Origin: a virus
IMG/VR virus record: IMGVR_UViG_3300020175_000005
Location: 1-64,000 of that record
DNA: 64,000 nucleotides
Direction: 5' to 3' (one strand)
Part shown: piece after piece, positions 57,619-63,773 of the stretch
Layout: every line of letters begins with the position of its first letter
Numbering within the stretch: position 1 is the stretch's first letter
Notes under the pieces: generated by a model
What the model was told of the DNA's origin: nothing
Seen by the model: the letters and a program-made list of their open reading frames with translations, nothing else
Databases searched by the model: none
Translations under genes and position numbers: made by a program

Positions 57619-57626
57619 TATTTATA
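57619..57626 (-). promoter_or_regulatory. T4-like late promoter for the tmRNA
   Basis: TATAAATA just upstream of the acceptor piece; a TTGACA also lies at ~57644-57649. Confidence 0.7.
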
Positions 57627-57660
57627 ACATATGTATTCAGAGTTGTCAAGTATTAAATAA

Positions 57661-57686
57661 AAAAAGGGAGCATTAAGCTCCCCTTT
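57661..57686 (-). terminator. intrinsic terminator
   Basis: AAAGGGGAGC-TTAAT-GCTCCCTTTTT. Confidence 0.8.
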
Positions 57687-57710
57687 AATAATAACAATGT
57701 TATTGTTAGA

Positions 57711-58103
57711 TTAGAATGCGAATGATGCTGTAAGTGTAATCTCACCACGTTCTTCTGCTTCTAAGTCATATGATGTCACTGCTTCGATTGTAAGATCGTC
57801 ACGTAGTGCATATGAACCACCAAACTCTAGTACTGGAAGATGATCGAATTCGTCATCCATTGTAAAATCATTTGTGTTATCCCATACTGACAATTTAGTG
57901 CCTGTTGTTAGCTCTAGGCCGTCAACCTGTGGTACCACAAATGTTAGCTCTGGGTTGATTGTGATAATTGATGTATCAGCATCTACTTTACGTTCTGCTT
58001 TTACTTCTGTTTCTAGTGAGAAACCATTACCCAATTGTGTTTCAGCTTGTGCTGTGCCAGCCAAAAGTGTCGCTACAACTGTAGCTGCGAAAATATTTTT
58101 CAT
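57711..58103 (-). CDS. outer-membrane beta-barrel/porin-like protein
   Basis: Sec signal peptide (AQA cleavage), alternating beta-strands, C-terminal Phe (LTASFAF). Confidence 0.75.
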   Translation of the reverse strand: MKNIFAATVVATLLAGTAQAETQLGNGFSLETEVKAERKVDADTSIITINPELTFVVPQVDGLELTTGTKLSVWDNTNDFTMDDEFDHLPVLEFGGSYALRDDLTIEAVTSYDLEAEERGEITLTASFAF

Positions 58104-58266
58104 TTTTGTAAATCCTTATTAATAATGAAAACCGGCGCAAATCAACGCCGGTGCGGTATTATTTAATACTATAATACTTATCACTAATATAAGCTATAAT
58201 TAAAATTTTGCAAGTTATTCAGGAATTAATTATATATGTGTGTTAATTATGTTACAAAATATATTT

Positions 58267-58343
58267 TGGTCTCGGTGGTAGGATTCGAACCTACGGTCTC
58301 CTGGTCCCAAACCAGGCGCTTTACCATACTAAGCTACACCGAG
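58267..58343 (-). tRNA. tRNA-Pro (TGG)
   Basis: Loop TTTGGGA, C1-G72, CCA. Confidence 0.95.
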
Positions 58344-58349
58344 TAAACT

Positions 58350-58423
58350 TGGCAAAGGTGAGGAGAATCGAACTCCTGCTTCTGGTTTTGGAGACCAGCG
58401 TGATACCATTTCACTACACCCTC
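58350..58423 (-). tRNA. tRNA-Trp (CCA)
   Basis: Loop CTCCAAA, G73, CCA. Confidence 0.93.
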
Positions 58424-58432
58424 ATTTTTTAA

Positions 58433-58506
58433 AAACACACTAACCTCAATCCTTTCGGGATCTATGTTCTGCAAAACTTCCCATTGCAGTGGGACATAGT
58501 GTGCTT
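58433..58506 (-). ncRNA. stem-enclosed pseudoknotted RNA element
   Basis: AAGCACACTA/TAGTGTGTTT closing stem; internal CCCA/TGGG + CTGCAA/TTGCAG pseudoknot. Confidence 0.55.
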
Positions 58507-58508
58507 AT

Positions 58509-58542
58509 AAAAAAGCCCCTAATGAATTAACACTAGGGGCTT
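58509..58542 (-). terminator. attenuator terminator hairpin
   Basis: AAGCCCCTAGTG-TTAATT-CATTAGGGGCTTTTTT. Confidence 0.85.
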
Positions 58543-58572
58543 GCTTAAAATAACTTTTGTTAAAAAGTCACG

Positions 58573-58632
58573 TCAAAACATTCCCCAATCTCTTGGCGGC
58601 CAACAAGTAATATATGTTGTAGTATTTGACAT
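58573..58632 (-). CDS. leader peptide MSNTTTYITCWPPRDWGMF
   Basis: 19-aa ORF between promoter and terminator; GAGAG RBS; TGG-CCG-CCA..TGG codons. Confidence 0.7.
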   Translation of the reverse strand: MSNTTTYITCWPPRDWGMF

Positions 58633-58659
58633 GTTATTATCTCTCTTTGTTATACACTT

Positions 58660-58688
58660 AATATAGTACATGTTGTACCGAATGTCAA
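58660..58688 (-). promoter_or_regulatory. sigma70-like promoter of the leader/tRNA-Trp/tRNA-Pro unit
   Basis: TTGACA (58683-58688), 17 nt, TATATT (58660-58665). Confidence 0.85.
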
Positions 58689-58718
58689 GTGTTTTCTTAA
58701 AAATATTTATCTTTTATA

Positions 58719-58795
58719 TGGTAGAGACAAGTGGACTCGAACCACCGACCTTTCGCTTATCAGGCGAATGCTCTAACCAACTGAGCTATGTCTCT
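58719..58795 (-). tRNA. tRNA-Ile (GAT)
   Basis: Loop CTGATAA, CCA. Confidence 0.95.
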
Positions 58796-58799
58796 ATAA

Positions 58800-58874
58800 T
58801 GGCTGGAACGATAGGACTCGAACCTATACTCTGCGCTACCAAAAAGCGATGCATTACCATTATGCTACGTTCCA
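58800..58874 (-). tRNA. tRNA-Gln (TTG)
   Basis: Loop TTTTGGT, U1-A72, CCA. Confidence 0.93.
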
Positions 58875-58890
58875 TTACCATTATGATTTA

Positions 58891-58965
58891 TGGTACTCCC
58901 TAGGGGAATCGAACCCCTCTTTCCAGGTTGAAAACCTGGCGTCCTAACCGATAGACGAAGGGAGC
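58891..58965 (-). tRNA. tRNA-Glu (TTC)
   Basis: Loop TTTTCAA, CCA. Confidence 0.95.
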
Positions 58966-58977
58966 GTACTATAAAAA

Positions 58978-59054
58978 TGGCGCGGTTGACGGGACTCGAA
59001 CCCGCGACCCCCGGCGTGACAGGCCGGTACTCTAACCAACTGAGCTACAACCGC
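58978..59054 (-). tRNA. tRNA-Asp (GTC)
   Basis: Loop CTGTCAC, CCA. Confidence 0.95.
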
Positions 59055-59108
59055 TTTTAAACAATTTATAAACTAACGTAACACATTGTCTTTATTGTGT
59101 CAACAAAA

Positions 59109-59504
59109 TTATTTATCTTTTTTAATTAATGCACTTATATCATTTGTTGAACGTGCATGTTCTTGTCCAGTTAATTGATCAATTTCCACACTGCACTCTT
59201 TAACACATATAGCTGATGGATTGTCACTTTCCCAACCAGGATACCATATATAATCGTTATAAAACTCGTGGTTAACAATTTCGTCTAGTGTATAGTTATC
59301 CAAATTATTCCAATTCGGATCTTGATCGTGTGCTGCGATATATTTTTCATCATTTAGTAAGCGAGGTGGTTCATTTGCCTCATTAGCGAATCTCTTATCC
59401 CAAGCATTGGCAAAATAACAACAAGGCCAAAGTCTACCATCACTGGTAACTTCCCAATCTCTGGTAGAGCCGTTAATAGCCATACAATCAATCTTGCACT
59501 TCAT
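59109..59504 (-). CDS. standalone SPASM/twitch-domain protein
   Basis: C...VTSDGRLWPCCY...C...C; own RBS (CAGGA). Confidence 0.75.
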   Translation of the reverse strand: MKCKIDCMAINGSTRDWEVTSDGRLWPCCYFANAWDKRFANEANEPPRLLNDEKYIAAHDQDPNWNNLDNYTLDEIVNHEFYNDYIWYPGWESDNPSAICVKECSVEIDQLTGQEHARSTNDISALIKKDK

Positions 59505-60141
59505 AACCAGTATCCTGTAATAACTCGTAAACGTATTTTAAATTATTCTCTGATATCAATCCATATGATCGATTATTCAATTTAAGCCAGAGCCTTGCGT
59601 TTATTTGTTGTGCCATTTTAATAGCATCAGAGACTTGATGCCAATTCCATTCAAATATAATAAATTGCCAAGATCCGTGTCCTTGATTTGCAAACCATGC
59701 CGTCATGTTATCCATTGCACGTTGCCAATCAACGCCTTCACGATACATCCAGTTAGTGTCGTGATCAGTGCCGTCAACAGCAAAATGTATATAGAGCTTC
59801 CTAGGATATTTTTGTGATAGTTTATTATACCATTCAGGATTTCTTAATCCACCATTAGTATTGATACAAACGTTATCGGAATATTGCATAGCAACATCAA
59901 TAAAGTCTTCAATTTGTGGATGCATCATTGGATCCCCAAGCTCTCCACAAAAAACAATTTCATTAATTTTTAATGACGTGTTTTCAAGTCTCTTTTTGAA
60001 TACGTCCAGGTCCATATGCTGTAACTGAACCCAAGATTCTTTCTGGCCCGTGTCTTCGTTTGTCCTAGCACAGGATCGACATCTGGCTTGACAATGAGTA
60101 GTTATTGCAAAATCAAAGCTATGTTTAGTTATTTCAGTCAC
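59488..60141 (-). CDS. radical SAM domain protein (core only)
   Basis: CQARCRSC, GELGDP, NTNGGLR, FAVDG, YR; probable GTG start overlapping the upstream gene end. Confidence 0.85.
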   Translation of the reverse strand: MTEITKHSFDFAITTHCQARCRSCARTNEDTGQKESWVQLQHMDLDVFKKRLENTSLKINEIVFCGELGDPMMHPQIEDFIDVAMQYSDNVCINTNGGLRNPEWYNKLSQKYPRKLYIHFAVDGTDHDTNWMYREGVDWQRAMDNMTAWFANQGHGSWQFIIFEWNWHQVSDAIKMAQQINARLWLKLNNRSYGLISENNLKYVYELLQDTGYEVQD

Positions 60142-60583
60142 ACCAAGATTCTTTTTTATCACCATAATATTCACGGGCAAAGTTATTTTCAATTAGTAAA
60201 AGGCGTAAACTCACGCCATCAATAATAATATCACCTAATACTCTGCCGCCATATTTGTCCCAATTGTAAATTGCAACTTTGATAGTGGTAGCACTATCAA
60301 TTGCATCTTGTGTAAACTGACTTGCTGCTGCACCTAATATTTTTTCAGCATCACATTTGCCGCGCCAGGACTTTTCTGGAGTATCTACCCCGTATACTCG
60401 AATACTTAATTCCTGCTTTAGTGGCTCAGGCAAAAAATCAGCTTTGAATGCCACAGTGTCTCCGTCAATCACACGGGTGACTTCAAAATCATATTCTACC
60501 ATATCTGGCATATTTTCTTCGGCATAAACACTAGCTGTGCTGATTAATACAAGCATTATACTTGTTATTAGATTCTTAAACAT
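60134..60583 (-). CDS. secreted thermonuclease (SNase) family protein
   Basis: Signal peptide, RVIDGDTV, IRVYGVDTPE, DKYGGRVLG. Confidence 0.88.
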   Translation of the reverse strand: MFKNLITSIMLVLISTASVYAEENMPDMVEYDFEVTRVIDGDTVAFKADFLPEPLKQELSIRVYGVDTPEKSWRGKCDAEKILGAAASQFTQDAIDSATTIKVAIYNWDKYGGRVLGDIIIDGVSLRLLLIENNFAREYYGDKKESWCD

Positions 60584-60593
60584 TGGGGCTTCC

Positions 60594-61502
60594 TTAGATA
60601 TATTGCTTGAATATTCGATCAAACTGTTCTTTTTTACTATTGTATTTATCAATGTATATTTTTAAATTTTCTTCTAATACATTGCTATTACTTATTTCTA
60701 AATAATCCAGAATATACTCTGGACGATCGAACCAATCATCACCAACAACAATATGACTTTTATTTAATTTTTGATAAGTTTTTATAGTATAATTGATATC
60801 ATCTGCATCATTATCTTCTTGAAACTTTTTAAACAGCCTATCTGAATCGTCAGCCAATGTAATATCATTTGATCCATTTAATTGAGCATGATACAAATCC
60901 CAATGTGCAAAATTAAGTTGCCACATATACTTCAAAAGACCAGAATCAATTTGCTTGTGCATGTAGTCGTGATACTGATCATACCATACCTTTTTCCATT
61001 CACCAATGTTTGATCCATCCATAAGCATATGATCTTGCCACCACAAATTTGTGTGACTATCTACATGCTGGTGTGATATAGGGTTAAAGGCGTACTGGCT
61101 AATATAAAAAAACTGAAACTCTTGTGCTGAAGTATTGTTAATAATAGTTTTTTCAACATTTATTGCGGTGGAGGTATCTTTAAGGCATCCAAAATAATTA
61201 CTCCACACGCATATATTATAATCGTTTTCAATTTCATTAAATGGTGAAACGCAATCACTTATTTGATCTTCGGCATCCAAATTTTCCATGCGGCGAAGAG
61301 ATTCTTGATGCAAGTCGTAAACTCTTTTGGATACAATACTGTTACCCCTGTCTTCAATTATAATTCCACCAATGTTTTTATCATTATCTGATTGTCTCGA
61401 TTCGAATTCATATAACTGGGGACCAAATCTACTATCTGATGCTAGCCACCAGGCTATAGCAGGTGCGCTTCCATTTACTGAATTGTACACTGCTACTTTC
61501 AT
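60594..61502 (-). CDS. hypothetical protein
   Basis: 302-aa ORF, AGGA RBS. Confidence 0.7.
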   Translation of the reverse strand: MKVAVYNSVNGSAPAIAWWLASDSRFGPQLYEFESRQSDNDKNIGGIIIEDRGNSIVSKRVYDLHQESLRRMENLDAEDQISDCVSPFNEIENDYNICVWSNYFGCLKDTSTAINVEKTIINNTSAQEFQFFYISQYAFNPISHQHVDSHTNLWWQDHMLMDGSNIGEWKKVWYDQYHDYMHKQIDSGLLKYMWQLNFAHWDLYHAQLNGSNDITLADDSDRLFKKFQEDNDADDINYTIKTYQKLNKSHIVVGDDWFDRPEYILDYLEISNSNVLEENLKIYIDKYNSKKEQFDRIFKQYI

Positions 61503-61519
61503 TTTTTAGTCCTTTTGTA

Positions 61520-61594
61520 TGGAGCGGGTGAAGAGATTCGAACTCTCGACATTCTCGTTGGCAACGAGATGCTCTACCACTGAGCTACACCCGC
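61520..61594 (-). tRNA. tRNA-Gly (GCC)
   Basis: Loop TTGCCAA, U73, CCA. Confidence 0.95.
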
Positions 61595-61598
61595 ATCG

Positions 61599-61674
61599 TG
61601 GTGGGTAATAAGAGACTTGAACTCCTGACATCCTGCGTGTAAAGCAGGCGCTCTACCAACTGAGCTAATCACCC
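61599..61674 (-). tRNA. tRNA-Val (TAC)
   Basis: Loop TTTACAC, CCA. Confidence 0.95.
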
Positions 61675-61679
61675 TATTA

Positions 61680-61767
61680 TGGCGGAGAGACAGGGATTCG
61701 AACCCTGGGAACCTCGCAGTTCAACGGTTTTCAAGACCGCCGCATTCGACCACTCTGCCACCTCTCC
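61680..61767 (-). tRNA. tRNA-Ser (TGA)
   Basis: Loop CTTGAAA, variable arm, CCA. Confidence 0.95.
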
Positions 61768-61772
61768 TGTAT

Positions 61773-61848
61773 TGGCTCCTTGTGTTGGGCTCGAACCAAC
61801 GACCTACTGATTAACAGTCAGTTGCTCTACCAACTGAGCTAACAAGGA
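61773..61848 (-). tRNA. tRNA-Asn (GTT)
   Basis: Loop CTGTTAA, CCA. Confidence 0.95.
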
Positions 61849-61853
61849 ATATT

Positions 61854-62057
61854 TTACCTAGTAAAGTATTTAGTTAATACTTCTATTTGATCATCATACT
61901 CTGCGATGACTTTTAATTCTACTTCAATTGCTTCCAGGATATCGGAATGTTCTCCAATACCCACAGGGTTAGCTAAGTACACCTCAACATTTGCTTTGTG
62001 TTTAGCAATATGTCCTTGGGCATGCGCAATTGCAGCTTGGATTAGAGTCTCTCTCAT
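61854..62057 (-). CDS. conserved small phage protein
   Basis: HAQGHIAKHKANVEVYL.NPVGIGEHSDI.EAIE.EL. Confidence 0.8.
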   Translation of the reverse strand: MRETLIQAAIAHAQGHIAKHKANVEVYLANPVGIGEHSDILEAIEVELKVIAEYDDQIEVLTKYFTR

Positions 62058-62079
62058 ATCATATCTTTCTGTGATTAAA

Positions 62080-62220
62080 ATGAGAGCGTTTAACGTCTGC
62101 TCTCATAAGACGGCACGGGTTTGCCGGCATCATTCATTCAATTATTTCAAAAGAGGAATGAAACTCTTTACAGTCCTGATACCTAACCGTAGGTATTGGC
62201 GTGCTTATTAAGTAGCAACC
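62080..62220 (-). ncRNA. tandem H-type pseudoknot RNA
   Basis: Two textbook pseudoknots (62080-62112, 62133-62169) plus further hairpins. Confidence 0.6.
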
Positions 62221-62231
62221 CTTATTATAAT

Positions 62232-62307
62232 TGGTGGAGCGTATCGGGATCGAACCGATGACCCCCTGCTTGCAAAGCAGGTGCTCTCCCATCTGAGCTA
62301 ACGCCCC
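62232..62307 (-). tRNA. tRNA-Ala (TGC)
   Basis: G3-U70, loop TTTGCAA, CCA. Confidence 0.95.
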
Positions 62308-62439
62308 AATTAAAATTTACTCTTCTATGTCTTTCCTAACGTGTGTGGCTCGACACTGTCCATTTTAAATATTACCATATTGGTACGAGCTTCCTAATTA
62401 CTATATATCTATTTATGATATTAGTGTGTATATGCTAAC

Positions 62440-62640
62440 AGTTCAACGCTTTCGCTCCACGCTTCGCACTAACGACAAACACCTGCCGGCATACTTGCAT
62501 CGACCCTTTTGTTGTGACTGCGAACTCACTTCATCATATGGGACTTGGTAACCCATACTAGTTAGTGGCAAACTAACGTGTCCTTTAAACACCGAGCAGT
62601 TTTGGGACCTACTCAGGTCATCCTGGGCACCATTTGCTCA
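62440..62640 (-). ncRNA. candidate ~200-nt multi-pseudoknot ncRNA
   Basis: GC-rich non-coding spacer with about 6 hairpins and three complementary loop/downstream pairs. Confidence 0.6.
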
Positions 62641-62673
62641 ATTGTTTAACAAGGGGAACAAAACCCTTTAACT

Positions 62674-62758
62674 TGGTACGAGTAAGAGGACTTGAACCTC
62701 CACGCATTGCTGCACTAGAACCTAAATCTAGCGTGTCTACCAATTCCACCATACTCGC
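62674..62758 (-). tRNA. tRNA-Leu (TAG)
   Basis: Loop TTTAGGT, variable arm, CCA. Confidence 0.95.
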
Positions 62759-62761
62759 ACG

Positions 62762-62837
62762 TGGTGCCCCCACACGGACTCGAACCGCGGACCTACTGAT
62801 TACAAATCAGTTGCTCTACCAGCTGAGCTATAGGGGC
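62762..62837 (-). tRNA. tRNA-Thr (TGT)
   Basis: Loop TTTGTAA, CCA. Confidence 0.95.
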
Positions 62838-62840
62838 ATT

Positions 62841-63008
62841 AAACTACTTACTAGATGCGCCCTCAGTATCTCCAATCTCTCCGCACGGCCTTATTGACAT
62901 TGCCGCTCTAGTTCGACTGAAACTAGTAAAACTTGACATCTAAGCCTAACAGTTTTAGAGTTTTTAGCTGATCAACGCCTCTACACGGACGTATCTAGTA
63001 AGTAGTTT
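62841..63008 (-). ncRNA. 168-nt RNA enclosed by a long terminal stem
   Basis: AAACTACTTACTAGAT-A-CGTCC ... GGGCG-C-ATCTAGTAAGTAGTTT. Confidence 0.6.
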
Positions 63009-63020
63009 ATTCTTATTCAA

Positions 63021-63093
63021 TTGTCAAATAACGTGTTAATGTCTTTGCATCAACTTATGTATTCAATATAACGTATAATGATGTCGTTGTCAA
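63021..63093 (-). promoter_or_regulatory. tRNA-operon promoter with boxA-like element
   Basis: TTGACA-17-TATATT (63065-63093), then CGTTATTTGACAA (63021-63033). Confidence 0.6.
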
Positions 63094-63149
63094 CACCTTT
63101 TTTATTTTTCCTACGTTTTATTTATCCTTTTTATCTACGTAGATAATTA

Positions 63150-63674
63150 TTATTCTTGTATAGATGCAGATAGATTAATAATTACCGTTTGACCCTCATA
63201 AAATCTACGAGTAGTTTTTTGTGTAATTGTGGCACCACCATATTCTACAGTTGTGGTCCAGCCGCTTGCTACACTTCGTGTCTCGTTTACGTGGACTGTG
63301 CGACAACTTTCTTCCTGGCGGTAGCCAACAATTTCACGTCCGGGTTTTGCGCCTGATTTATCTGCACCAATAACACCACCTAATATTGCGCCGGCTGCTG
63401 CGCCGCCGTCGTTTCCACCAATTGCTTTACCGAGGATGCCGCCAATAATCATACCAGCTAGGGCGCCTTCACCAGCACTCCCTTTATTTTTAGAGTAGAT
63501 AGGTATATCTTTAATAGTACATTTTGTAGATGGTACTTTAACCGTTTTGTTATGATAATGAGGCACGCTGCTCAATACTGTTCCACGAACAGTAGTAGTG
63601 TTGTCATAACTTTCAGCATTGACGATAGATGTGGTCATCGCCACTGCTGTCATCGCTATCAAAAACTTTTTCAT
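63150..63674 (-). CDS. glycine-zipper 2TM (YcfJ-like) protein
   Basis: Signal peptide; GMIIGGILGKAIGG..G.AAAGAILGGVIG; paired Cys. Confidence 0.85.
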   Translation of the reverse strand: MKKFLIAMTAVAMTTSIVNAESYDNTTTVRGTVLSSVPHYHNKTVKVPSTKCTIKDIPIYSKNKGSAGEGALAGMIIGGILGKAIGGNDGGAAAGAILGGVIGADKSGAKPGREIVGYRQEESCRTVHVNETRSVASGWTTTVEYGGATITQKTTRRFYEGQTVIINLSASIQE

Positions 63675-63773
63675 CTTCTAACTTCCTTACTATATCTATT
63701 CCGAGTTCCCTATCTATATCAGACATGACTAGTTGCACACTGTGCATAAACCATTCATCTGATATATCATTTA

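Noticed and set aside
58131-58152. SAM-II riboswitch upstream of the porin-like gene
   Set aside because: A GTTGATTTG loop is present but there is no downstream TTGC / GCTAAA pseudoknot; better explained as a simple hairpin.
58239-58256. PpsR/CrtJ-like TGT-N12-ACA site
   Set aside because: A single low-information match in very AT-rich DNA with no photosynthesis genes nearby.
62320-62400. Purine riboswitch or a second leader peptide (MVIFKMDSVEPHTLGKT) before tRNA-Ala
   Set aside because: CTCGTA..AATATGG is present but the TTTCTACC core and P3 are missing. The peptide has no Ala codons, poor RBS spacing and no following terminator.
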